Origin: an uncultured Acidobacteriaceae bacterium | Lineage (GTDB): Bacteria; Acidobacteriota; Terriglobia; Terriglobales; Acidobacteriaceae | Assembly (NCBI GenBank): GCA_963796615.1 | Contig: CAWCMJ010000019.1 | Coordinates: 194,486 to 258,485, forward strand | DNA: 64,000 nt | Reading direction: 5' to 3' | Shown here: in pieces, positions 26,192-34,889 of the stretch | Layout of the letters: each line of letters begins with the position of its first letter | Numbering within the stretch: the first letter of the stretch is position 1 | Made by a program: the position numbers and the translations under genes | The notes under the pieces: generated by a model | The model's input: the letters and a program-made list of their open reading frames with translations, nothing else | Databases searched by the model: none | Told to the model about the DNA's origin: nothing

Positions 26192-26866
26192 GTGGCTGCA
26201 ACTTCAATTCGCGTACTGATTGCTGACGACCATCCCGTGGTGCGCGTTGGCCTGCGCAATATGCTGCTGGTGGATCCGGTCATTCAGGTGGTGGGAGAGG
26301 CGCGTGATGGAGTGGAAGCGCTTGAGATGGCGCGCAGACTGTGTCCGGATGTGCTGCTGCTAGATCTGGCGATGCCCAACGTCGCCGGCATGGACGCGCT
26401 GCGCGAGATGACGGCGAGTTCTCTGCACACGCGCACTGTCGTGCTGACCGGTTTGATCGACAAGCGGCAGGTGCTGGAGGCGCTGCAACTGGGCGCGCGC
26501 GGCGTGGTGCTGAAAGACGCGATCGTAGAGCACCTGACGGCGTGCATTCGCGCGGTGATGGAGGGACAGTATTGGCTGGATGGGCATCCGGTGCAAAACC
26601 TGGTGCAGGTGCTGCGCGACCTTACAGCGCAGACCGCCCCGCCGCCGCGCAAGACTTTCGGGTTAACCGCGCGCGAGCTGGAGGTCGTGAACCTGATTAC
26701 CGAGGGCTGCACGAATAAGGACATCGCCAAGACGTTCGGCATCAGCGAAGAAACGGTGAAGCGGCACCTCACCAACATCTTTAATAAGCTTGGGGTGGGC
26801 AACCGGCTGGAGCTGGCACTGTTTGCGCTGAACCACAACCTGATGGCGGAGCCGGAAAGCAAGTAG
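26192..26866 (+). CDS. NarL/FixJ (LuxR-type HTH) response regulator
   Basis: Receiver domain IRVLIADDHPVVRVGL..DVLLLDLAMP. C-terminal LTARELEVVNLITEGCTNKDIAKTFGISEETVKRHLTNIFNKLGV. Confidence 0.9.
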   Translation: MAATSIRVLIADDHPVVRVGLRNMLLVDPVIQVVGEARDGVEALEMARRLCPDVLLLDLAMPNVAGMDALREMTASSLHTRTVVLTGLIDKRQVLEALQLGARGVVLKDAIVEHLTACIRAVMEGQYWLDGHPVQNLVQVLRDLTAQTAPPPRKTFGLTARELEVVNLITEGCTNKDIAKTFGISEETVKRHLTNIFNKLGVGNRLELALFALNHNLMAEPESK

Positions 26867-26974
26867 TCAGTTGTCAGGGGTAGGTTGTCAGAATCAACGT
26901 CTAGCGCTACGCCCCCGCTGCTGACTCAACTCCGAAACTCTGATAGTCTCTGGCCACAGGAAAGTCCCAGGACC

Positions 26975-27928
26975 ATGCGCCCAAAGAAATCTGAAGTTTC
27001 AATATCCGTCCGCAAGAAACCTGCGCCGAAAGCACACCAATCGCGTCCTGCCCTTCCCCGGGATCAGCGTGAACTGGTCATTATTACGGGCATCAGCGGC
27101 GCGGGAAAGCTGTCGGCCCTAAAGACATTTGAGGATATGGGCTTCTACGCCGTGGACAACCTACCGGCCGACCTGATCGCCAACTTCGCCGACCTGGTGC
27201 GGGACTCGACGGAGATTGAGCGGGCGGCCCTGGTTGTGGACATCCGGGAAGGCGCGCGGGTGGACAAGCTGCCGCAGTTGCTAGAGGCGCTGCGTGGCTC
27301 GCTGAAGACGACGGTGCTGTTTCTGGAGGCCGACGAGGATGCGTTGCTAAGGCGCTACAGCGAGACGCGACGGCCGCATCCGCTGGGACGGGCGACTTCG
27401 GTGAAAGCTTCGTTGCGCGACGAACGCAAACGTCTTCAACCGGTTAGGGCAGTGGCCGACTTGGTGGTCGATACCAGCAAGTTCAACGTGCATGAGCTGC
27501 GCAGCCTGCTGACGGAGCGCTTTCAGAGCACCGAACACAAGCAGAGCTTATTGATCTCGTGCGTGAGCTTCGGCTTCAGCAAGGGAGTACCGGAGGACGC
27601 CGACTTGATGTTCGATGTGCGCTTCCTGCCAAATCCGCACTTCATTCCGAAGTTCCGTCCGTTTACCGGTCGAGATCCGAAAGTGGCGCGCTACATCCTG
27701 TCGTTCCCGCAGACCAAGGAGTTCATCGGGCGCATCTCGGAGCTGCTGGTATATTTGATCCCGCACTACATTCGCGAGGGCAAGAGTTACCTGACGATCG
27801 CGTTCGGATGCACGGGCGGCAAGCACCGTTCGGTGCTGATCGCCGAAGAGGTTAAGAAGCGGTTGGGCAAAGCGGGCTTCAACGTGAAAGTCGTACATCG
27901 TGATTCGCCGGTTAGGGTTAGTGGTTAG
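26975..27928 (+). CDS. rapZ: RNase adapter protein RapZ (YvcJ/YhbJ family)
   Basis: LVIITGISGAGKLSALKTFEDMGFYAVDNLP, FGFSKGVP, and AFGCTGGKHRSV. An N-terminal extension is present, and the start could instead be TTG at 26885. Confidence 0.9.
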   Translation: MRPKKSEVSISVRKKPAPKAHQSRPALPRDQRELVIITGISGAGKLSALKTFEDMGFYAVDNLPADLIANFADLVRDSTEIERAALVVDIREGARVDKLPQLLEALRGSLKTTVLFLEADEDALLRRYSETRRPHPLGRATSVKASLRDERKRLQPVRAVADLVVDTSKFNVHELRSLLTERFQSTEHKQSLLISCVSFGFSKGVPEDADLMFDVRFLPNPHFIPKFRPFTGRDPKVARYILSFPQTKEFIGRISELLVYLIPHYIREGKSYLTIAFGCTGGKHRSVLIAEEVKKRLGKAGFNVKVVHRDSPVRVSG

Positions 27929-27949
27929 TGGTTAGTGGCTGGTGGATAG
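27911..27949 (+). repeat. Heptad array GTTAGGG (TTAGTGG)x3 CTGGTGG ATAGG overlapping the rapZ stop
   Basis: Three perfect TTAGTGG units at 27918-27938 flanked by degenerate units. The TAG of one unit serves as the rapZ stop codon. Confidence 0.6.
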
Positions 27950-28041
27950 GGAACGAAGGCCACTCTTTACCGTCTTGCACATGTTCCCACCTTATTGGCA
28001 TCTTAGCTTGTGAACTCTTTATTTCTCACGGGAGGCGAGCG

Positions 28042-28872
28042 ATGACTGCATGCCCGATTTGCACCCGACGCCAAATGCTGCGCACCAGCGCCTTCACGGC
28101 GGGTGCGTTGTTGCTTACACCTGCCGTCGCCGAGTCGCAACAGTCCGCAGTACAAAAACCCCATCCGATGACGGCGAATGGCGGGACCGATCCGTACCCG
28201 ATCCCCTGGCTCGACAAGAATGGAAGCCATAACCAGCCGGCGGGACCGAATCTGGAGCCGTCGCACATCTATCACTTCAAGGGACGCGTAGCGCGTTGCA
28301 GCACGTTTACCGGCATGGGAACCGACAATCGCGGGAACCGTATTGCCTTTGGCAGCCCCACGACCGACTACGGCGTGATGGATGGCGAGTACTGGGCGGC
28401 CAGGACTGCGCAACACGGCACCTTTACCCATATATGACTCACGCTGTTTCAGGGACCGGTGGCCCCTGCCAATCAGGTTCACGATTTTCATCCGCCCATT
28501 GCGCCCTCGGGACTGTATTGGGTGGCGCCAGTGCCGGAAGGCGGATTGGTCATCAACAGCGACGGCAAGACCTTTGCACTCGCAATGAAAGACGTTCCGG
28601 TTGTTGACCAACCGCACTGGCCAGCGCTGGATGCGATAGCCACGCCGGCACGCATGAGCTTCAAGATGGTGTGGAAGTCGACCGGCGAGCCTGTAACTTT
28701 CACGGACGCTGCGAAGCAATTCCGATTTACTGGAACCAAAGCATCGTGCCAGATGGAAGCACAGGTTGAGGTGCCTTCCATCGGGTTCTCGTGGAAGTCG
28801 GACCCGCTGGAGACCTCGCACGCGGAAGTGGCGGTGATGGGCAACGAAGTCAACGGGCGGTATTACGCCTAA
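28042..28872 (+). CDS. Tat-signal secreted protein interrupted by an in-frame TGA (28435-28437): selenoprotein candidate or nonsense pseudogene
   Basis: GGGAGG lies 8 nt before the ATG at 28042. Twin-arginine signal CTRRQMLRTSAFTAGALLLTPAVA. ORFs 27928..28437 and 28459..28872 are in the same frame and separated only by TGA (..HGTFTHI*LTLFQGPVAP..). Confidence 0.5.
28444..28476 (+). promoter_or_regulatory. SECIS-like extended hairpin downstream of the in-frame UGA
   Basis: Upper stem CAGGG-A-CC / GG-C-CCCUG (28450-28468) with a GGU loop, starting 12 nt after the UGA. Lower stem CUGUU/AA-U-CAG with a bulged U. Confidence 0.3.
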
Positions 28873-29044
28873 TGGGTGGCGGCTGAATCCGTGGCTAGCC
28901 GCCAGCGAACCGTACTCGTAGTACGCGGCAGGAGGCGCGGGAGAGATACCGCCAACCTCGCAACTTCCGCTAGAATCTCATCTTGCAGCACATTCTCTCC
29001 ATTGCGACGACTCCGGCCAGGGCCGGCCGTGGACCTCAGGGCCT

Positions 29045-30874
29045 ATGCGACGACTGAAGCGCCTATTGCACTACGTCAAACCGTACTGGTTCTATGTGGC
29101 GGCTTCCGTGGTGTCGATGGCGCTAGTCGGATTGCTTGACGCTTTCCGGCTGCTGCTGATTGGGCCGATTTTTGACTCGGTGCTCAATCCCAAATCGGGG
29201 CCGCAGGAGCTGCATTTGCTCCCGGCCACGCGCTTTACCCTGCAACTGAACTGGTTCGTCCCCGAGCACTTTCACAACGTGTGGACGATGGTCGCGTTCG
29301 CGCTGGTGGCGGCGACTGTGTTGAAGGGTGTGTTCGACTACCTCGGCACCTACCTGGTGAACTACGCCGGCTTCGGCATGATCACCGACCTGCGCAACGA
29401 GCTCTACACGGCGACGTTGCGGCGCTCGGTGGCGTTTTTTCAGAAACACACGACCGGCACACTTCTGTCGGCGCTGATCAACGACATGGAGCGGGTACAG
29501 TACGCCATGTCGACCGTACTGGCGGAGTTTCTGCAGCAGCTGTTCACCCTCATCTTTACCGCCGGCGTCGTGGTGCTGCTGGGCGGACGGCTGGCGTGGG
29601 TGCTGGTGCTGTTCATTCCCTTCGTGCTGGGCTCGGTGCGGCGCATTGGCAAACGAGTGCGCACGACCACGCGCAAGGGACAGGACAAGCTGGCGGAGAT
29701 CCAGAACATTCTGCACGAGACCATCACGGGCGTGCGCATTGTGAAAGCGTTCTCGATGGAGGCGTGGGAGACCCGGCGCTTCCGCGAGGCGGCGCGACGG
29801 CTCTTCCGGGCCAACCTGCGCTCGGTAAGCGCGGCCGCCATCAGCTCGCCCTTGATGGATATCTTCGGGGCCATCGCGATCGCGTTGCTGGTGCTGCTGG
29901 GCCGCGAACAGATCAAGCACCATGCCTTTACCGAGGGCATCTTCCTGGCCTTTATCGTGGCGGTATTTAAGCTGTATGAGCCGGTGCGGAAATTCGCTCA
30001 GTTCAACAACAACTTCCAGCAGGCGCTGGGAGCTTCGTCGGCGATCTTCGATTTTCTTGACGCACACGACGACGTGAAGGAGAAGCCGGACGCGATCACG
30101 ATGCCACCGTTTCACCAGGGCATCCGCTTTGAACACGTGTACTTCGGTTATAAGGATGAAGAGAACCATCGTGACGTGCTGCACGACATCAACCTGAACG
30201 TGGTGCCGGGTGAGGTGGTGGCGATTGTCGGCTCCAGCGGATCGGGCAAGACAACCCTCGTGCATCTGCTCCCGCGCTTCTTCGACGTGACCCACGGCAG
30301 GTTACTGGTAGACGGCCACGACGTGCGCGATTTGACGGTGGCGTCGCTGCGCTCGGAGATTGCCATCGTGACGCAGGACACCATCCTGTTCAACGACACA
30401 GTGCGCAATAACATCGCCTACGGCCAGCCGACGATTCCGTTCGAGAAGGTGGAAGAGGCGGCGCGCGCGGCCCTGGCGCATGACTTCATTCTGGCAATGC
30501 CCAACGGCTACGAAACCGTCATTGGCGAGCGCGGGCTGCGACTGAGCGGCGGCGAGCGCCAGCGTATTTCCATCGCGCGCGCCATCCTGAAGAACGCGCC
30601 CATCTTGATACTGGACGAGGCGACCTCGGCGCTGGACACGGAGAGCGAGTCGCTGGTGCAGACGGCCCTGCAGAACCTCATGACGGGGCGCACGGTGTTC
30701 GTGATCGCCCACCGGCTTTCAACCGTGCGGCGGGCCGACCGGATCCTGGTGCTGGAAAACGGCATGATCACCGACGAAGGCACGCACGAGCGCCTGATGG
30801 CGCGCACCGGCACGTATCGCCGGCTGTATGAGCTGCAGTTCATAGATGTCGAAATCGCCAACGGAAGCGAGTGA
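29045..30874 (+). CDS. ABC transporter permease/ATP-binding protein (MsbA-like lipid exporter family)
   Basis: Six-TM type I exporter domain plus NBD with GSSGSGKTT, LSGGERQRISIARA and ILILDEATSALD. Confidence 0.85.
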   Translation: MRRLKRLLHYVKPYWFYVAASVVSMALVGLLDAFRLLLIGPIFDSVLNPKSGPQELHLLPATRFTLQLNWFVPEHFHNVWTMVAFALVAATVLKGVFDYLGTYLVNYAGFGMITDLRNELYTATLRRSVAFFQKHTTGTLLSALINDMERVQYAMSTVLAEFLQQLFTLIFTAGVVVLLGGRLAWVLVLFIPFVLGSVRRIGKRVRTTTRKGQDKLAEIQNILHETITGVRIVKAFSMEAWETRRFREAARRLFRANLRSVSAAAISSPLMDIFGAIAIALLVLLGREQIKHHAFTEGIFLAFIVAVFKLYEPVRKFAQFNNNFQQALGASSAIFDFLDAHDDVKEKPDAITMPPFHQGIRFEHVYFGYKDEENHRDVLHDINLNVVPGEVVAIVGSSGSGKTTLVHLLPRFFDVTHGRLLVDGHDVRDLTVASLRSEIAIVTQDTILFNDTVRNNIAYGQPTIPFEKVEEAARAALAHDFILAMPNGYETVIGERGLRLSGGERQRISIARAILKNAPILILDEATSALDTESESLVQTALQNLMTGRTVFVIAHRLSTVRRADRILVLENGMITDEGTHERLMARTGTYRRLYELQFIDVEIANGSE

Positions 30875-30882
30875 CACACCGC

Positions 30883-31773
30883 ATGAATATCCGCTCGATG
30901 ACGGGTTACGCGCAGGTGAAGGAGCACGTGAGCGACCAGCTCACGATTACGCTCAGCCTGAAATCAGTGAACCACCGCTTCCTCGACCTGCACCTGCGCG
31001 TCCCGAATGAGCTGGACGCGGTCGAGATGAAGGTGCGCCGGGTTCTGAAGGAGCGGCTGCATCGCGGACATATCGAAGTCACGCTCAGCCTGGAGCGCGC
31101 GGGCGGCGCGGGGTTCGCTGTGAACCGCGAGTTGGTCGGCGGATACCTGAGCGCGTTTCGGCAAGCCGCGGAAGAGTTTGGCGTGAGCGCCGAGCCGGAC
31201 CTGAACGCAGTGCTGAAATTGCCAGGCGCGCTGAATGCCGCGGAATCGGCTGAGGGAGCCGACGAGCTGGAGAAGCACGTGACGGCGGCGCTGGAGCACG
31301 CCATCGCGCGGCTGAACCACATGCGCGAGGAGGAGGGCCGGGGCGCCGTGGTTGAATTGCGCGAGCGCATGCATCATCTTTCGAAGGCGACCGGCGAAGT
31401 GGAATCACTGCGCCACAAGGTGCTGAAGGCTTACCACGACAAGGTGCATGGACGTATGCAGGAGTTGATCGGAGCCCATGCCGATCCAGACCGCATCCTG
31501 CAAGAGGCAGCGATGCTGGCCGAGCGCAGCGACATCCAGGAAGAGCTGGTGCGGATGAAGAACCACATCCAGCACTTTTTGTCTCACTTGGACGCCGGTG
31601 GCGAAGTGGGCAAGAAGCTCGACTTTCTGCTGCAGGAGATGAACCGCGAATCGAACACGCTGCTGTCGAAGACCACCGGCGTGGCCGGCGAAGCACTGCG
31701 AATCACGGAGTTGGGGCTGGCGATGAAGTCGGAGATCGAGCAGGCCAAGGAACAGGTGCAGAACCTCGAATGA
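30883..31773 (+). CDS. yicC: YicC/YloC family stress-induced protein
   Basis: MNIRSMTGYA..LKSVNHRFLDL and a C-terminal EIEQAKEQVQNLE, typical of YicC. Precedes gmk as in many bacteria. Confidence 0.85.
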   Translation: MNIRSMTGYAQVKEHVSDQLTITLSLKSVNHRFLDLHLRVPNELDAVEMKVRRVLKERLHRGHIEVTLSLERAGGAGFAVNRELVGGYLSAFRQAAEEFGVSAEPDLNAVLKLPGALNAAESAEGADELEKHVTAALEHAIARLNHMREEEGRGAVVELRERMHHLSKATGEVESLRHKVLKAYHDKVHGRMQELIGAHADPDRILQEAAMLAERSDIQEELVRMKNHIQHFLSHLDAGGEVGKKLDFLLQEMNRESNTLLSKTTGVAGEALRITELGLAMKSEIEQAKEQVQNLE

Positions 31774-32527
31774 ACGGCATCGTGTTTATCATTTCCGCTC
31801 CCTCGGGCTCCGGGCAAGTCGACGCTCACTGCCGAGCTGCGCAAGAATGTGCCCAGCCTGGAGTTCTCCATCAGCTACACCACGCGCCAGCCGAGGGGCA
31901 GCGAGCAGAATGGCCGGGAATACTTCTTTGTCACGCGCGAGCAGTTCGAGCGGATGATCGGCGAAGAACAGTTTCTGGAGCACGCTGAGGTTTTCGGCAA
32001 TTATTACGGAACGGCGCGGAGTTTCTTGCGCGAGGCGTTTGCGCGAGGCAATGACCTCATCCTTGACATTGACGTTCAGGGAGCGGCACAAGTGAAAGAG
32101 AAACTGCCGGAGGCGGTCAGCATCTTTATCCTTCCGCCGTCGCGGGAAGAGCTGGAACGGCGGCTGCGGCGGCGCACGCTGGCGGAAAATGAGACGCGGC
32201 GCGAGCTAACCGGCGAAGGCAAATCTGAGCGAGGAGATCGAGGCGGTGTTGCAGCGGCGCCTGCAAGAGGCCTCGCGTGAGATTGAGAATTATTCGCAGT
32301 ATGACTATATTCTGGTAAACGAGAAAGTGGAGCCCGCCATCGACGTGCTGCAGTCGATTGTGAAGGCCGAGCGGGTGAAGCGGTCTCCGGAGCCGGCGCG
32401 GGCCGGGGACGACCAGGTGCTCGCAGCGGCCGAGTCGGCCGAGCGTCCCAACATGATGCAACAGGTGCAAACGATCCTGGCAACGTTTGATCTTTCCAGT
32501 TCGCACGCGACAGGGAGCAATGCATGA
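31770..32527 (+). pseudogene. gmk: Guanylate kinase, reading frame interrupted twice (near 31815 and near 32215)
   Basis: MNGIVFIISAPSGSG then a frame change. The next frame reads KSTLTAELRKNVPSLEFSISYTTRQPRGSEQNGREYFFV..DIDVQGA. A third frame gives LSEEIEAVLQRRLQEASREIENYSQYDYILVN. An extra G in TCCGGGCAAG breaks the P-loop GSGKST. Confidence 0.8.
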
Positions 32528-32769
32528 AGCCGGTTGATGGGTTTGACAGCAAGTACCGTTACATTCTGGTGGCCGCCCGCCGCGCCCGCCAACTGCAAAA
32601 TGGCGCTCAGCCGGTGGTGGAGCCGCACTCGCAGAAGGCCTGCCGCATCGCCGAAGAAGAAATCAATGCGGGCAAGGTGAAGTGGGTGGTGCCACCTCCC
32701 AACACGGAACCTGTAGCGGCGGCAGAAGAGCCTACGTCGGGATTGGTGGGCGGCGAGGCGGACGACTAG
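32524..32769 (+). CDS. rpoZ: DNA-directed RNA polymerase subunit omega
   Basis: SKYRYILVAARRARQL signature, and the gmk-rpoZ-coaBC synteny. Confidence 0.9.
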   Translation: MKPVDGFDSKYRYILVAARRARQLQNGAQPVVEPHSQKACRIAEEEINAGKVKWVVPPPNTEPVAAAEEPTSGLVGGEADD

Positions 32770-32796
32770 GGGCCCGCTCGGGTCTTGAGTAGTTCA

Positions 32797-34035
32797 ATGA
32801 AAATTGCATTGGGAGTAACGGGAGGGATTGCCGCCTACAAGGCCGCGGAGATCGTGCGCCTGCTGCAGGACCGCGGCCTGCGCGTGCAGGTGGTGATGAC
32901 GGAGTCAGCCCAGGAGTTTGTGCGGCCCCTGACCTTTGCGGCGCTGTCTGGCGAGAAGGTCATCACCGGAATGTTTGCGGCGGACGAACAGCCCAATCTC
33001 GACTCGGCGGTAGAACATATTGCGGTGGCGCAGTCGATTGACGCGCTGCTGGTAGCGCCTGCAACCGCCGACACATTGGCCAAGTTTGCGCAGGGGATCG
33101 CGAACGATTTTCTCTCCACGCTGTACCTCGCAACCAAGGCGCCGGTGCTTGTGGCTCCGGCAATGAACGTGAACATGTGGGAGCATCCGGCGACGCGCGC
33201 CAACCTGGAAGTGCTGCGGAAGCGCGGAGTGCAGATCGTCGAGCCCGGCAGCGGCTATCTTGCCTGCGGCATGGTTGGCGCGGGACGGCTGGCTGAGCCC
33301 GAGCAGATTGTTGCGGCGACCTTGGAGCGGCTGGGCGTTTCTCAGGACCTGGCGGGCGAGACGGTGCTGGTGACCGCCGGACCGACGCACGAGCCGATCG
33401 ATCCGGTACGGTATATCGGCAACCGGTCAAGCGGCAAGATGGGCTACGCGCTGGCGGAAGCGGCGCTGCGACGCGGGGCGAAGGTAATTCTGGTCAGCGG
33501 GCCGACGGCGATTGCACCTCTATCGGCGGCAGAAACAATCTTTGTCGAGACTGCCCAGCAGATGCGTACCGCAGTGCTGGACCGCTGGGAACATGCCAGC
33601 CTCATCATCATGGCGGCGGCGGTGGCGGATTACCACGTGAAACACGCCGCGCCCGAGAAGATCAAGCGCAAGGGGCCGCTGGGACTGGAACTGGAGCCCA
33701 ACCCCGACATTCTGGCCGACCTGGGCAGCTTGCGGGCGGCGACCGGCAAGAGCAGTCCGGTACTGATTGGCTTTGCCGCTGAAACCGATCACCTGCTCGA
33801 TAACGCGCGGGCCAAGCTGGCGAAGAAGCAGGTGGACGCGATCGTAGTCAACGACGTGTCGCGCGCGGACATCGGATTCAACGCTGAGCGCAATGAAGTC
33901 ACCATCGTGACCGCTGATGACGCCGTCGTCGTGCCGACTGCCGGCAAGCTCGAAATTGCACAGAAAATTCTGGACGCCGTGGTCCGCAAGCGGCAGGCAA
34001 AGGCTACACTGGTGACTTCACCGGTCCGTAGCTGA
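32797..34035 (+). CDS. coaBC: Bifunctional phosphopantothenoylcysteine decarboxylase / phosphopantothenate-cysteine ligase
   Basis: MKIALGVTGGIAAYKAAEIVRLL flavoprotein domain, and a C-terminal DFP domain (ITAGPT.EPIDPVRYIGNRSSGKMG). Confidence 0.95.
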   Translation: MKIALGVTGGIAAYKAAEIVRLLQDRGLRVQVVMTESAQEFVRPLTFAALSGEKVITGMFAADEQPNLDSAVEHIAVAQSIDALLVAPATADTLAKFAQGIANDFLSTLYLATKAPVLVAPAMNVNMWEHPATRANLEVLRKRGVQIVEPGSGYLACGMVGAGRLAEPEQIVAATLERLGVSQDLAGETVLVTAGPTHEPIDPVRYIGNRSSGKMGYALAEAALRRGAKVILVSGPTAIAPLSAAETIFVETAQQMRTAVLDRWEHASLIIMAAAVADYHVKHAAPEKIKRKGPLGLELEPNPDILADLGSLRAATGKSSPVLIGFAAETDHLLDNARAKLAKKQVDAIVVNDVSRADIGFNAERNEVTIVTADDAVVVPTAGKLEIAQKILDAVVRKRQAKATLVTSPVRS

Positions 34036-34883
34036 TGGCCTTCGATTCCACACAAAAATCCGCGATTCGCGAGCGTTTGAGCTTCTATCGCGAGCTCGGC
34101 ATTGGGCCGCTGTATCGGCGCGAGGTTGAGGGCGGCGAATCTTCCCATAATTTTGGCGAAGCGCTGGTCGAAGCGGCGGCCGACTTTGGCGACGAGGTTG
34201 CCGACACACAGGGACAAATTGCACAGGAGGCATATTTGCCTACAGGCGACGACCGCGCGGCATCGCTGAAAGTTATTCGCGACGATATCGGCCCGGACTG
34301 CCAGCGCTGCAAGCTGGCGCGGTTGGGGCGAAAGCAGATTGTCTTCGGCACCGGCGATCCGCATGCCGAGCTGATGTTTATCGGTGAAGGACCGGGCGCG
34401 GACGAAGACGAGCAGGGGCTTCCATTTGTGGGACGCGCGGGACAGTTGCTGAACAACATGATTTCCGCGATGGGTCTGAAACGCGAACAGGTGTACATCG
34501 CCAACATCGTAAAGTGCCGTCCGCCGGGCAACCGCACGCCCGAGCGCGACGAGTGCGAGACGTGCTCTCCCTTCCTGATGCGGCAGATTCGGGTGGTGCA
34601 GCCCAAGGTGATCGTGGCGCTGGGCGCAACCGCAGCGAAGAACTTGCTGGCAATGAACAATTCCATGGCGTCGCTGCGGGGCCGGTTCTACGATTTTTCG
34701 CCGCCACGATCTCTTGCCGACTCCGATGGGCCCTTCGACTGCAAGCTGGCAGTCACCTACCATCCGGCATTTTTGCTGCGCGATCCGCGGCAGAAAGGCG
34801 AGGCGTGGAAGGACCTCCAGATGGTGATGAAGTTCCTGGGGCTGCAACCGCCGGCGAAGACCCAGAGCACAGAAGGAAGCTAG
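34035..34883 (+). CDS. Uracil-DNA glycosylase, family 4
   Basis: CQRCKLA..IVFGTGDPHAELMFIGEGPGADEDEQGLPFVGRAGQLL..ANIVKCRPPGNRTP. The start overlaps the coaBC stop (TGATG). Confidence 0.9.
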   Translation: MAFDSTQKSAIRERLSFYRELGIGPLYRREVEGGESSHNFGEALVEAAADFGDEVADTQGQIAQEAYLPTGDDRAASLKVIRDDIGPDCQRCKLARLGRKQIVFGTGDPHAELMFIGEGPGADEDEQGLPFVGRAGQLLNNMISAMGLKREQVYIANIVKCRPPGNRTPERDECETCSPFLMRQIRVVQPKVIVALGATAAKNLLAMNNSMASLRGRFYDFSPPRSLADSDGPFDCKLAVTYHPAFLLRDPRQKGEAWKDLQMVMKFLGLQPPAKTQSTEGS

Positions 34884-34889
34884 CACGCC

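Noticed and set aside
27911-27949. Heptad arrays as a CRISPR array or telomere-like (TTAGGG) repeat
   Set aside because: The units are 7 nt with no spacers, which is far too short for CRISPR. TTAGGG occurs only once and the replicon context is an ordinary bacterial chromosome. They are kept only as an unexplained tandem-repeat observation.
27993-28012. Sigma-54-like TGGCAT-N-CTTGT upstream of the Tat protein gene
   Set aside because: The spacing between GG and the would-be GC element is off by one, and the -12 element reads TTGT. Not convincing.
29123-30295. 390-aa minus-strand ORF, plus several others antisense to the ABC exporter
   Set aside because: Shadow ORFs of the MsbA-like gene.
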